This document shows positions 51,401 to 64,000 of a stretch of DNA of 64,000 nucleotides, piece by piece. A program made the position numbers and the translations under genes. Origin of the DNA: Mobula hypostoma (Eukaryota); the NCBI RefSeq assembly GCF_963921235.1, contig NC_086100.1, positions 153,700,001 through 153,764,000 on the forward strand. The letters are read 5' to 3'. The notes beneath the pieces are model-generated. The model searched no databases, was not told the DNA's origin, and saw only the letters and a program-made list of their open reading frames with translations. Within the stretch, counting starts at the first letter, position 1, and every line of letters begins with the position of its first letter.

Positions 51401-54400
51401 TTCAGAATGGTCCATAGTAATATTCCCATTACTCATTCGAATTTTAGTGATGTGTTGTTTTGCTTTAGAACGTCTAAGTTTGTTAACTAAGGACTTAGCA
51501 GATTTATCCCCATGAATATAGAACTTACTCTTACTGCCCAAAAGTTGGCGTTCAACCGGGTAAGTAGAAATAAGATTACATTTAGTTTGAAGTTCCATTC
51601 TTTTCTTGTACAGCTCCGGATCCTTGACCTGGGCATATAATTGGTCTATAGCTTTAATCTGATTGATCAATTCTAAATGTTCTTTTTGAGTCTTTCTTTT
51701 CAAATTTGCTGTACAAGAAATTATTTGACCTCTTAGATATGCTTTCATTGCATCCCAAAGAATCTGACTTGAGATTTCAGGTAATAAATTAGTATTTAAG
51801 AAGAAAGTTATCTGATCCTCTGTAAATTTTACAAAGCCGTTATCGGACAACAAGGTCGGATGAAAATGCCAGTGTTTACTCACTTGAGGGAGACCAGGAA
51901 GAGCTATAGACAATGTAAGTGGGGCATGATCTGAAATCAATATACTCTTTATAGTCTCAGGAACGGATGGATGAAATCAACTGATTATCAATTAAAAAAT
52001 AATCGATTCTAGTAAATGTATGGTGTACTTGTGAGGAAAAAGAGTAATCTCTTTCATATGAATGAAAAAAAATGCCAAATATCAAATATTCCATAATTGG
52101 AAAGAAAAGATTGAATTGATAAAGCAGATTGAGTTAATTGTCTAGGGATAGAAGGAGATCTGTCCAAGACTGGATCCAACCAACAGTTGAAGTCACCACT
52201 CAGTATAAGAGAGTATGAGCTTAGTTCTGGCAATGCAGAAAAAAAAAAAGGTCAAAAACCCCTACATCATCCGAGTTAGGAGCATAAAGGTTGACTAAAA
52301 CTACCCGTATATTATAAAGTTTCCCCGAAACAATAATAAAATGACCATTGGATCAGATATCTTATTATGAAGCTCAAAAGGAACATTTTTGTTTATAAGA
52401 ATTGAAATGCCCCTCACCTTGGCTTGAAAACTTGAATGAAAATGTTGTCCTGACCATCGTACCATAAGACGAGAATTATCTGAGTAACGAATATGTGTTT
52501 CTTGTTTTTAACCAAAAAAAACTACCTCTGCTGTAAGCTGTTTAAGATGTGCGAACACCCTCCCCCTTTTAACCGGATGATTCAAACCCCTAACATTCCA
52601 GCTTACAAAGTTCAACAGACTAACCATTGAACATAAGAAAAAAAAAGGTAGCAGACATTAAACCATATCTGAAATTTATATGTCAACTCTGGGGCAAAGG
52701 TATAGAAGAAAAAAAAACAGGGCAAAATTACGTCCTGTATAGTGCAAATATGCCAAAATTCCATATATAATATTAGTATTGGAGTTCCCACCCACACTCT
52801 CTAAACCTACAGCAAGAAAGCTGAAAATATAAAGCAGCAAGCTCTCCCTTAGAAAAACTAACCCCCTACTGAACTTCCAGTTAGGTAACATCTTAGTTAT
52901 CTCCATTCCAACAGTTAATAGGGTAATGAAAATGACACCAAAAAGCTTTAAGAATTCCAAACTAAAATTAATCGTAATAAGAAAAAACAATACATTCAAA
53001 GTTTATAAATCTTAAAATATGATAATGATCTAAAAAGAACTTTACCCCAACTTTCCCGCTAGAATTGATAAACAAAAAAAAGATAATCTGTAAACCCAAT
53101 TATACAGGAAAAAAAGCTTTAATGTCCAAGTAAGTCATCCATCCGATCATAAAAAATAAGAAAAACACAAATAGCATCTTGAAACATCGGGAAAAAAACG
53201 CCAATCCATTTGAAAGGATTTTTGATCCAAACCTGAAACAATTTAAAGGTACAACATCAACTGCTATTTAAAGTTAAAATAATCTAACCGGAGAGAAAAA
53301 AAAAGTTCATTAACTTTTAAAGAACTAAAATTATGAAAGATAGAAACTGATATTGAGAAAATGGAAAAAAAACACTTCAGTAGGACAATGCAACATAATT
53401 AAGCCACTAATTAACTAAATGTGACATCAGCTTCATTTAAAATTTTTTAAAAATCTAGATTTGTAGAAAATGGAGACTGAAGTCTGGGGGAAAAACAGGA
53501 AACCATTCAAAGACATCACTTCATGAATTGATAACAATTTTTTAATGCGACACCGACTCCATTTTGAAATGAAATCTCCAAAGACCTTTAAAAGGTGTCT
53601 AATTACATAATTTCACAATCAGCTCTATTTAAGAAAAGTAGAAATGTCCGTACTGAAAAATAGAAATCCATCATATCGAAATATATTGAATTAAATGAAT
53701 AATAAAAAAAGATAAAGATTAGAATATTAGAAAAAATAATAAAGGAAATAACTGTTATCTAAAAAAAAAGGCTGAAAAGACAAAAAAAATCATATCATAT
53801 CTGTGGAACTCTAAGTAGCAGATAGGCTATCAATGAAGGTCTGCGCCTCTGCAACTGAATTGAAACTTTTAAAATCGCCGTTCTCGAGCTTGATTCGGAG
53901 CCGGGCTGGATAGGCAAGAGAAGGATGAAGTCCAGGATTGTAAAAAAACTTTCATTGCTACTCTGTATTCAGCAAGTTGACTGATAACTTGAGGTGCATA
54001 GTTCTCTACTAAAGGGATAGCTTGACCTTTATATTGAAGCTTTTTACGTTGGTGAGCTTCTTTAATTAGTAAATCCTTGATTTGATAACGATGGAGGCGA
54101 ATTATCACTGGACGTGGTCTCTGGCTGTCCAGTGGGCGAGATGTAAAGATTCGATGCGCTCAATCGATCTCTGGAGGACTGGAAAGTAATTCACTTCCAA
54201 AAATCTCACATAGAAAGTTTGAGGAAAGTTCAATAGAAGATCCATTTTCGACAGCCTCTAGCAAACCGAGAATTCGAAGATTTTTGTGTTTACTCCTGCT
54301 TTCAAGATCCATAACTTTAAGGGTTAACTTGCTATTGTGCTCTTTTAGGGTAGAGCAAACTTTTTCCAGCTCTTTACAACAACGATCTAACTTCTCCGTA

Positions 54401-54717
54401 ACTTCAACATGTGAGAAACGTTGAGCGTGATTCTCCAGTGTGGAGTTAAGTTTATCCAGTTTCAATTCCAATGAACCAAATTGGGAAAACATATCCTGTC
54501 GGGTTTGTTCTAACAGTGACGCAATTTCACTCAAGGTGGCTCCCAATGGAATATCTTTTTTTGCCGATTTAGTAGTTTTAGGTACGCTCATTGTGCAGCC
54601 AGCAGATTCGGTAGCGGGAGGAAGAGTAAAAAGTAAAATAAAAGAGAACAGGTATATGAAATGGAGTGGAACAATAGTTTTAGTGACTTAAGCTATCGCC
54701 ATCTTAACCGAAAGTCC
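48463..54717 (-). mobile_element. Near full-length decayed L1 LINE
   Basis: 5' end GGACTTTCGGTTAAGATGGCG; ORF1 at 54160-54591 (DLESRSKHKNLRILGL) and 53869-54108; ORF2 pieces ISDHAPL, GPDGFS, QGCHLSPLLF, GGLALPNF and CVKC...HMYWAC. Degenerate TSD ATACAAGCAAACTTTC / ATACAAGCCAGCCTTC (13/16) at 48447-48462 and 54718-54733. Confidence 0.92.
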
Positions 54718-56232
54718 ATACAAGCCAGCCTTCAAGTCACTGAATATCCCTTGGAGTACAGTTAAGCCAATCAGGAAAGAATATGGCACAGCTGTAAAAC
54801 TGCCTAGAGTAGACCATCCTCAAAAACTGTCCGTGCAAGAAGGGGACTAGTGGAGGAGGCCACCAGTTTTGTAAAGGTGATGTGCAAAACTGATAGAGGC
54901 CTATCCACACACACTCAAGCCTATAATTGCTGGCGAAGATGCATCTACTAAATACTGACTTGAAGGGTGTGAGTAATCATGCAATCAATTATTTTGTGTT
55001 TAAAAATTTAGACCAATTTGTTTTCACTTTGACACAAGTCTTTTTCTGTTACAAAAGCCAAATTAAATCCACTGTGATTCAAAACAGTAAAAGATAAACT
55101 TCCAAGTTTTCATGGGTTTTTTTCACATCTGGAGACTGCAATTTTCCCCCATTCTTTTTTCTTTACAAAACTGCTCAAGCTGTGTCAGATTGCATAGGGA
55201 TCGTGGGTGAACAGTCCTTTTCAAGTCCAGCCACAAATTCTCAATTGGACTGAGGTCTGGACTCTTGACTTGGCCACTCCAGGACCTTAACGTTGTTGTT
55301 TTTAAGCTTTGACTTTATGCTTGGGGTCATTGTCTTGTTGGAAAACAGATCTTCTCTCAAGTTACAGTTCTCTTGCAGACTGCATCAGATTTTCCACCAG
55401 GATTTCCCTGTATTTTGCTACATTCATTTTGCTCTCTACCTTTCAAAAGCCTTCCAGGGCTGGCTGCAAGTGAAGCAATCCCACAGCATGATGCAGCCAC
55501 CACCATGCTTCATGATAGGGATGGTTTGTTTTTGATGATGTGTGGTGTTTGGCTTACGCCAAACATAGCATTTAGACTGATGGCCAAAAAGCTGAATTTT
55601 GTTTTCATCAGACCGTAGAACCTTCCAGCTGATCTTAGAGTCTCCCACATGCCTCCTGGCAAACTCTAGTCGAGATTTCAAGTGAGTATTTTTCAATGGT
55701 GGCTTTCTCTTTGCCACTCTCCTGTAAAGCTGTGATTGGTGAAGCAACAGTTGTTGTATGCGCAGTCTCTCCCATCTCAGCCACTGAAGCTTGTAACTCC
55801 TCCACAGTTGTCATGGGTCTCTTGGTGGCCTCCCTCACTAGTCGCCGTCTTGCATGGTCACTCATTTTTTTGAGGATGGCCTGCTCCAGGCAGATTTATA
55901 ACTGTGCCATATTCTTTCCATTTCTTGGTGATTGACTTAACTGTACTCCAAGGGATGTTTGTTAACTTGGATGTTCACTTGTATCCATTTCCGACTTGTG
56001 CTTTTCAATAACCTTTTTGTGACAATGCTTGGAGTGTTCTTTTGTCTTCACGGTGTAGTTTTTGCAAGGATACTGACCCACTAGCAGTTGGACCTTCCAG
56101 ATACAGATGTATTTTTACTACAATAAATTGAAACACTTTTTCTGCACACAGCTCTCCCAAAACAGATCTTCACTTAACTAGTTATGTAACATCTAAAATC
56201 AGTTGGCTGCACCAGTAATAATTTGTCGTGTT

Positions 56233-57120
56233 TGTTACGTACCCCGTAACTGGGTTGCCAAACCAGCAGAAATGGATCACTCATTTGGAGTCTGGATTAC
56301 TAGAACTAAGAAAGTTTTATTAAAGGAACAAGCAACACAGTACTCTAATCAAAAGGATAATAAATGCAACAGTTCAGCAATGATAAACACACATGTACAC
56401 AGAATTAGGATAACAGGATCAATCAAGCTCTATCGTCGTCTAGGGGTAAATGACCAGTTTCAAAGTGACGCAAAGTTCAGTTCAGTTCGCAGTAATCACT
56501 GCCGTGGGAGATGGACAGTGGGGGGGAGGAGAGAGAGAGCAAAACGAATGAATATTCAAGCGGCTTCCACATAGACCTTCGATATTCTTCGCAGTCAGCT
56601 TTGGGGCGAGCCCTTTGTGATGTCTTCTGAGGTCACCGACCGTGACCCCTCCGTTTCCAGATACGATCGTTTCCCTGCGGTGAACCTGGCACCCAGGCAA
56701 GGGCGGACACACACACCAGGTTCCCGCCAATTGTGCAGTTCCACCCTGTGCGTCTATGGCTTGGTCCCGCGACCAGCCTTCCAAAACTTCCCACCGACTT
56801 GTGGGAGACGCACCGCTTCCAGGGTCTCGTTACCTCGGGGTGTCGTGTGTGTGTTGCCTTAGCGAACCTGTCCCTTTTTATCCCCCTGCTGGGGTATCGC
56901 CTGTCCATCACTTCAAACAGTTCAGGATTCAAAGGGGGAGCCGATCTTGACAGCTCTCCTTCGGTTAAACTCTCCCGTCCCTTCATTAACATCTCCAAAT
57001 GCTGCTCCATTGTTTTCCTTATCTCTCTTTCTCCTGAAGACAGGTGGCAGACCAACTGCTGATCCCACTGGTGCCAGCACAGGACAGCTAACATCTTAAT
57101 CTATGTGTATTCTCGTCACA
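56233..57120. mobile_element. Solo LTR, family B
   Basis: TGTTACG...CGTCACA termini; 4-bp TSD TGTT at 56229-56232 and 57121-57124. Confidence 0.93.
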
Positions 57121-57574
57121 TGTTATATTAAAGGGGGTGAATACTTGTGCAATGAATTGTTTTGTTTTTTATATTGGTAATTAATACTTTGTAGAGATCT
57201 GTTTTCACTTTGACACAGTATTTTTCTGTTGATCCGTGTCAAAAAAAGACAAATTAAATCCACTGTGATTCAATGTTGTAAAACAGTAACACATGGAAAC
57301 TCCAAGGCACTGTGACTACACATTGCAGGAGATGAAGTTCTATCCTGTGCTGTTTCATTTGAGTCACAGAGTCACACAGCACCAATATAGGCCCTGCCGC
57401 TCAACTGGTCCAAGCCGATCAAGATTCCCATCTAAACTAGTTCATTTGTATGCATTTGGCTCATATCCCTTAAACTTTTCTTATCCTCGTACACGTCAAA
57501 GTACTTTAAATGTTAAGGTAAATGCAGAATAAAGAAGTGGGGAAATGCTGAATTTCGGTGTATTTCTCCACCAG

Positions 57575-57644
57575 GCTAGCTCTTTTTAAAAGCTTGTTGT
57601 TTCGTCTATCAAGTCGAGTGGAGATGGAACGGTTAATCAATTCT
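57575..57644 (+). CDS. HGSNAT: HGSNAT exon 6
   Basis: ccaccAG acceptor; LALFKSLLFRLSSRVEMERLINS, resembling the acidic di-leucine-type ETDRLINS segment; 70 bp; donor TCT|GTAAGT. Confidence 0.92.
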
Positions 57645-58092
57645 GTAAGTAATGAGCAATTTTATCTCAGATTTCATAAAGGTAGGAAGAACATGGGTGT
57701 TTGTGTAGATAGTGTTAAAATAGTTAAAATTGAAAGGTATTGTTTATTAGCATGCAAAGCCAGTGTAGGTCCTCCATAGCTTAAGAAAGCTTCACCAATG
57801 TTTAGCCTATATGTACGAGTGAGCATTTGGGAGACATTGGTATGAATTTGCCAGCTGCTGGAGGGCTGCAGGCATCTGCTGCTGTGTGAGAACTTGATTT
57901 ACTACTACACGTCTTACTGATGAACCTTTTTGGTTATGAATATGTTTATATTATGAACAGGCAGGGAAGTGTTCTTGATGAAAAATAGCATCTATTTATG
58001 GAAATTCCATGCTTTCTCTTCCTCTTTACAATTATATTTAGAGCAGGTTTAATATCAAGTGTATATATATATATGTATGCTTTGTTTCATAG

Positions 58093-58199
58093 GAGCTGGG
58101 AACACCAATCCGTGTGGGCGACAGCACTGATCAAAATAACCTGGTCCCTGGACGTAGTGCAGGCTCCCAACGGCTTCGTTCACTAGACACTTTGCGAGG
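58093..58199 (+). CDS. HGSNAT: HGSNAT exon 7
   Basis: tttcatAG acceptor; ELGTPIRVGDSTDQNNLVPGRSAGSQRLRSLDTLR(G) contains the conserved RLRS.DT.RG motif; donor GG|GTAACT. Confidence 0.95.
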
Positions 58200-58978
58200 G
58201 TAACTACATTTTTTGAATATTTTAAAGTTCACATTGTAAATATTCCTAAAGTACATTTGAGTAAACCTGTACAAGTTGTTCTTTTCTCTGCCCCATGCTG
58301 TTTGTAGGGAAGCTTCCTGTCACAGGTTTATATAATCTTGATATTTAGTGCCTGATCTGTTGCAGAGCATACTGCTACAGTTACTCTGTTGCTATTACTT
58401 TTTAACTTTTGTCCACTATTTGAATGGTTAGTTTTGGTTCCCTGTTCCCCTGCCCTCTCTGAGCCGCTTAAAGTCTTGCTGATCTGACAATACCAGCTGG
58501 TCTCTTCCCTTTGGCTTGATGTCATTATACTCTGAACCTATAACCTCAAGAGCAGGCCGTGGGGCTCCTTCTGCTTTCCTGCTATTCATTAAATGATGAC
58601 TAAATTTTTTTCTTGGTTCCCTGACCCTACAGATCCAAACGAAACAGGGATCAATCAATTTGAGTGTTTAAAAAATAAATATTTGTTTTTTTTTAAATTG
58701 CAACTGAGAGCTTGATGTGGTGGGTGAATCAGCCTGGTCACAGTAACACTTTGTGTTTCTGTTCCTCAGAGAATTATGAATGTATTTGAATCCCTATGAA
58801 ACTGATCGCTAATCTGTTGTAAATAAAGATATAGAATGATTAAAAGTGACTTTTATGAGCCATATTGTATGTCTTGTTTCTGTGACCCTGTTTTTCACCA
58901 GATTCGAGGTATGGGGCAGAACTGTTTTGAATGGGGTTGTTGGTTAGAATGTAACCATTTTACTGTATGTTCTTCTAG

Positions 58979-59055
58979 GTTGGCTTTGGTGATCATGATC
59001 TTTGTTAACTATGGAGGTGGGAGATACTGGTTCTTCAAACATGAAAGTTGGAATG
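58979..59055 (+). CDS. HGSNAT: HGSNAT exon 8 (contains the catalytic His)
   Basis: tcttctAG acceptor; [25 protein letters not shown](G); 77 bp; donor G|GTGGGT. Confidence 0.97.
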
Positions 59056-59369
59056 GTGGGTCAGGCACTTTTCTGTGTGTTCATGTGACTAATCACTAAT
59101 CTGGGGCAGGTTCATACTGTGTATAAATTGCTCTTTGAAGGCTTGTTTTGTTATACTGTTTAAAACCTACCATGTTCCTGTTTCGATTATTAGATTTATT
59201 GATACTATTGGTAATCATTCTGGAAACCTCTCCTTAACCAAGCCTGCCTTTTAACCGCTCTGTTGTTCTTGTGAGTCTCCTTTAAACCTACATGTTTGGT
59301 CAGGTTTTTGATCATGTTTCTTTGTGGTTTTGCTCCTTGCACAGTGTCTTTAAAGATAACATCTTGAGA

Positions 59370-59730
59370 TGTTTGTTTGTTATGTGCCATGCAATGACAT
59401 GGAAAGACTATGATTGCCCATGACTGTTCTTGGCAAATTTTTCTACAGAAGTGGTTTGCTATCGCCCCCTTCTGGGCAGTGTTTTATAAGACTGATGACC
59501 CGGCCATTTTCAATCCTTTTCAGAGGTTGTCTGCCTGGTATCAGTGGTCACATAACCAGGATTTGTGATGTGCACCACCTGCTCTCATGGCTTCACGTAG
59601 CCCTGATTTTGGGGGGGGGGGGGGCGCTAAGCAGGTGCTACACCTTACCCAAGGGTGACCTGCAGGCAAGTGGAGGGAAGGAGCACCTTGTACATCCTTT
59701 GGTAGAGAAGCATCTCCACCCAGCCACCCT
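59370..59730 (-). mobile_element. SINE-like repeat with an RTE-type 3' end
   Basis: Minus strand reads ...gcaaaccacttctgtagaaaaatttgccaagaac...cataacaaacaaac, resembling RTE/BovB-type 3' tails, with an (AAC/AAAC)n end. Confidence 0.55.
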
Positions 59731-59934
59731 GTGTTAAAGGCATTTTATAAATGCAGCCTGTTGACAATTACTCCTTCAGTTAGTGGTTGTGCCCTTTCAC
59801 TGGTTCCATGTCAACTCTTCAAAGTGCAACATAGGCAAATAATTTTCACTTAGTTTATGTTTGATTTCATTATCAATCTATAATATTGTAATTCCATATG
59901 TAATGCTAATATTTTCTGAATTCTTTTCTGATAG

Positions 59935-59965
59935 GACTAACAGTAGCAGATTTAGTTTTTCCTTG
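59935..59965 (+). CDS. HGSNAT: HGSNAT exon 9 (31-bp micro-exon)
   Basis: ttttctgatAG acceptor; (G)LTVADLVFP(W); donor TG|GTAAGA. Confidence 0.96.
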
Positions 59966-60662
59966 GTAAGAGTTTTTAAAATTATTTCTGCTTTAGGCAA
60001 GAGTATGATGTCTTGGATTAATAATTATCTTGCAGTTACAAGTCAGACTGGTGTTAATTCTGTTGGTAGCATGTTGCATCTATATCAGAAAGCTTAATTC
60101 CATTCTGGGTTCAGGGGTGTTGCCTTTTTGCTAAAACATTAATCTGTACACTTGTAAAGACTGATGTGAATCATGAAATTTCCCTAAGAACACTGCTGCC
60201 TAGGTATCGTGCTTTTCCTGTATTACTTTTTGAAAAAGTTACTAAATAGCTTGGTAAAATCATAAAAAGTGCGTATGGGAGACTTTTATTGATTGATGTA
60301 TTTACATTGCATATAGTTGCTGTAAACTTTGAAGTAATTTTGAAATTTCTCGAAGATAAATTAAGCAAATGTTGTGAATACTCAGTAGGTTCCACAGCAT
60401 CTATGGAAAGATGTTCATCAGATATGGGAATGGTATTTTCAGAAATGTGATTTTTTAAAAAAATTCATATTTCCAGCACTAACTGTTGTACACATTATGC
60501 ATTTTTAACAGCACAGAAGGCATTTTGTGTTTTAAGCTATTAGGTGATATGAATTAAGCAACCTTAAGAAGAATGGGGTGTAATGTGTATGTACTGTATA
60601 TGGAAAGTAATAAATTGTTGATTCTTCAACATATTATTGTGCCTGCTGTCCGTTTGCCCTAG

Positions 60663-60823
60663 GTTTGTGTTTATCATGGGAACCTCCGTTGCCCTGTCCT
60701 TGAACTCCGCATTACAGGTTAACCGCTCCAGGTGGAAGCTGTTGACTAAAGTTGCTTGGAGAACTGCTGCACTTGTTTTGCTTGGCATCTTTATCATTAA
60801 CCCAAATTATTGCAAGGGACCAC
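60663..60823 (+). CDS. HGSNAT: HGSNAT exon 10 (gene continues beyond the window)
   Basis: gccctAG acceptor; FVFIMGTSVALSLNSALQVNRSRWKLLTKVAWRTAALVLLGIFIINPNYCKGP; 161 bp; donor C|GTAAGT. Confidence 0.96.
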
Positions 60824-61464
60824 GTAAGTGCTGATTTAGAGATTTACTTAAAATTTTGTTTGATTTTCTTTTAGAATTAGTGAAAATAATCCTTCAGGGT
60901 CGTGGTTTTTGAAACCTCAATTTATGAATAGTAAATATGTGCATTAATCAATTATGGATATGTGTATGTGAGCAATTGAAATAGGTAAACGTGAAAAGGA
61001 AAGGCAGTAATGGGTGATTTTTCCTGTTGACACTGAACTGTTTGGTGTAAAGTACACACATGCAATGGATTAGTGTATATTCTTTTTAAAGAGGACTTGT
61101 ATCTAAGTTCAAATGTATGAGGAGAAATCATGGTTTTCTGAGAAAGACTTGAACTGAATGCTGATGCAGGGAATGCTGCACATTCATTGTCCATCTCTGG
61201 CTTCCATGAGGGCACGATATGTAAGTGAAATCATTTGTAGATTGAGTAGTGTTGAAGTGGTAGGTTTACTTCACTGAAAAATATTAGTGGATTGTTTTGG
61301 TCTTTACAACAATCCAGCAGAGCTCATGTGCTGCATTTGCTGACTTCTCACCTTTTCACAATGGATTCCTCAATCTCTTCTTTGAATCCAGATGACTACA
61401 TCCTTTGAATTGAAAGCAGAAAGGATATTAAAATTTGCAAATGCAATGTCAATGCATGTGTGAC

Positions 61465-63218
61465 CATAAGATATAGGAGCAGAAGCAGGTCATTCGGCCC
61501 ATCGCGTCTACTCCGCCATTCAATCATGGGCTGATCCAATTCTTCCAGTCATCCCACTCCCCTGCCTTCTCCCCATACCCTTTGATGCCCTGGCTAATCA
61601 AGAACCTCTCTATCTCTGCCCTAAATGCACCCAGTGACTTGGCCTCCACAGCTGCTCGTGGCAACAAATTCCACAGATTTACCACCCTCTGACTAAAGTA
61701 ATTTCTCTGTATCTCTCTTCTAAATGTACGTTCTTCAATCCCGAAGTCGTGCCCTCTTGTCCTAGACTCCCCTACCATAGGAAATAACTTGGGAAATAAC
61801 CATATCTAATCTGTTCAGCCTTCTAACATTGGGAATGTTTCTGAGATTCCCCCCCGCCCCCCCGTCATTCTCCTGAACTCCAGACAATACAGTCCAAGAG
61901 CTGCCAGACGTTCCTCATACAGTAACCCTTTCATTCTTGGAATCATTCTCGTGAATCTTCTCTGATGTCAGTACATCCTTTCTAAAATAAGGGACCCAAA
62001 AGTGCACACAATACTCCAAGTGTGGTCTCACGAGTGCCTTGTAGACCCTCAACATCACATCCCTGCTCTTATATTCTGTGCCTCTAGAAATGAATGCCAA
62101 TATTGCATTTGCCTTCTTCACCACCGACTCAACCTGGAGGTTAACCTTTAGAGTATCCTGCACAAGGACTCCCAAGTCCCTTTGCATCTCTGCATTTTGA
62201 ATTCTCTCCCCACCAAAGTGCAACAACATATACTTTCCAACATTGTATTTCATTTGCCACTTCTTTGCCCATTCCCCTAAACTATCTAAGTCCCTCTGCA
62301 GGCTGTCTGTTTTCTCAACACTACCTGCACCTCCACCAATCTTGGTATCATCGGCAAATTTATCCACAAATCCATTCATCCCATAGTCCAAATCATTGAC
62401 GTATATTGTAAAAAGCAGTGGACCCAACACCAACCCCTGTGGAACTCCACTGGTAACCGCAGCCAGTCAGAATAGGATTCATTTATTCCCACTCTGTTTT
62501 CTGCCGATCGGCCAATGCTCCACCCATGCTAGTAACTCCCCTGTAATTCCATGGGCTCTTGTCTTGCTAAGCAGCCTCATGTGTGGCACCTTGTCAAAGG
62601 CCTTCTGAAAATCCAAGTACACCACGTCTACTATATCTCCTTTGTCTACCCTGCTTGTAATTTTCTCAAAAAATTGCAGTAGGTTAGTCATGCAGGATTT
62701 TTCTTTCAGGAAACCATGCTGGCTTTGGCCTATCTTGTCATGTGCCTCCAGGTATTCCATAATCTCATCCCTATCAATCGATTCCAACAACTTCCCAACC
62801 ACTGATGTCAGGCTAAAAGGTGTATAGCTTCCTTTCCGCTGCCTCTCACCCTTCTTAAATAGCGGAGTAGCATTTGCAGTTTTCTAGTCATCCGGTACAA
62901 TGCCAGAATCTATCGATTCTTGAAAGATCATTGTTAATGCTTCCGTAATCTCTCCAGCTACTTCCTTCAGAACCTGAGGATGCATTCCATCAGGTCCAGA
63001 AGATTTATCCACCCTCAGACCATTAATTTTCACTGCATGGTAGTGTCCTTCCTCCATTCGAAAATTTCTTATTTGGAATATCTGTCTTGCACTTCCTTCA
63101 TTTTTCACGGAAACTCCAGCCATTCCTCCTCTGCTGTCCTTCCTGCTAGTGTCCCTTTCCAGTCAACCTTGGCCAGTTCTCCTCTCATGCTGTTGTAATT
63201 TCCTTTATTCCACTGGAA
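61465..63218 (-). mobile_element. CR1 LINE 3' half
   Basis: GPDGMHP, SQHGFLKEKSCMTNL...YLDFQKAFDKVPH, VLGPLLFTIYVND...KFADDTKIG, YKALVRPHLEYC, TRGH...FSQRVVNLWN; tail ccataagatataggagcagaa. Confidence 0.93.
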
Positions 63219-64000
63219 ACACAAAATAAAAAAGCTCACTTCAGACTTTTAAATTTATACTTTATGCTTTCACCAATGTTTAGAATTGCTATTTTGAACT
63301 AGGTTTGTTGACACATGAGACGGATAATAATTCTCAAAACTCTGTAAAACTATACTTCGTCTTTGTATAGTTTATAAATGAAAAATAACTGAGCTGGCCA
63401 CAGCAGCCTTAAAATTCCTCAGATTTATGAGGAATATGATGAACTGTAAGGCAATAACTTGTCGAAATGTCAAAAGGTAGTGGGAAATGATTCTCCGTTA
63501 CTGATCTGCAAATCCATGCTCTTGTGTTTAGTGGTAATGGGTTAATGCTGTCTGTGAACTTTGTATTTAGTCTTATAGTATCATTTTAGTTTTAAAGTTA
63601 TAATTTCTGATTTTTCCTGAGATCAGCATTTTTAAAAAATAATGTTTAGTTACTTAATCTTCAATTTCTCAACTGTCATCTTGAGATTCAAGCCATTGTT
63701 GCTTGACCAGTAGGTCCAGAATGCTATCTGCTAGTTCATGATCTTATCCACTTTACTACAGAGTTTACTGTGTAGGAGTCTTGAGTATTCACAGGTCTAA
63801 TTTGCCAGTAAAGACCAACCGGATTCTCTTTTCCCAATAGAAGTATAAGATAGTTTTGAGGGAACAGGGAATTGAGGACCAAGTTCAAAGAAAATCTGTT
63901 AACGAAGTACATATGTCCCCATATACAATCCTGAATTTCTTACTGGAATTCAGAGTAGAAACAAAGAAACACCACAGAATCGATGAAAACTGTACTCAAG

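Larger units (their letters stand above)
48043..57312. mobile_element. Compound Tc1-like region: a plus-strand deleted copy (48043-48462 plus 54718 to about 55106) joined to a minus-strand copy (about 55107-57312)
   Basis: Outer ends CAGTGCC.../...GGCACTG. Minus-strand ORFs encode RRRLVREATKRPMTTVEELQ, LHQSQLYRRVAKRKP, KVLRSDENK and KHGGGCIMLWDCF. Interrupted by an L1 and a solo LTR. Confidence 0.8.

Noticed and set aside
59570..59640. Possible twister or HDV-like ribozyme in the RTE-type SINE (CACCTGCT/AGCAGGTG stem enclosing AAGC)
   Set aside because: The stem is real, but I could not assign the required pseudoknot pairings. An Infernal search would be needed.
60824..64000. HGSNAT exon 11
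   Set aside because: The expected SW..RIPGVLQRL-type sequence was not seen; it presumably lies beyond the window.

Overview
This is vertebrate genomic DNA, not prokaryotic. The repeat families (CR1, Rex1/Babar, Penelope-like, V-SINE, L1, Tc1) suggest a cartilaginous fish, probably a ray (inference). Two + strand genes are present. POMK has two coding exons, 1248-1535 and 5628-6413 (357 aa). HGSNAT has a CpG-rich promoter at about 14.9-15.4 kb and exons 1-10 from 15101/15224 to 60823, and continues beyond the window. This POMK-HGSNAT order matches human 8p11. The introns are dense with nested transposable elements. The most striking object is a 4.17-kb non-autonomous Ty3/Gypsy-type LTR element at 36256-40429 (minus strand, 4-bp ATGG target-site duplication), inserted in ORF1 of an L1 in HGSNAT intron 3. 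It has a three-LTR tandem layout, a tRNA-Pro-like primer binding site, a polypurine tract, an intact -1 frameshift heptamer and a dead protease. Where RT/RNase H/integrase core would be expected, it carries an intronless, in-register copy of a sarcomeric myosin heavy chain rod, which points to host mRNA capture. Other points of interest are decayed minimal hammerhead ribozymes in Penelope-like termini, and two CR1 copies sharing the same 3' flank. Reference protein and exon-size comparisons are from memory and by eye, with no database search. Repeat boundaries without a stated TSD are approximate.
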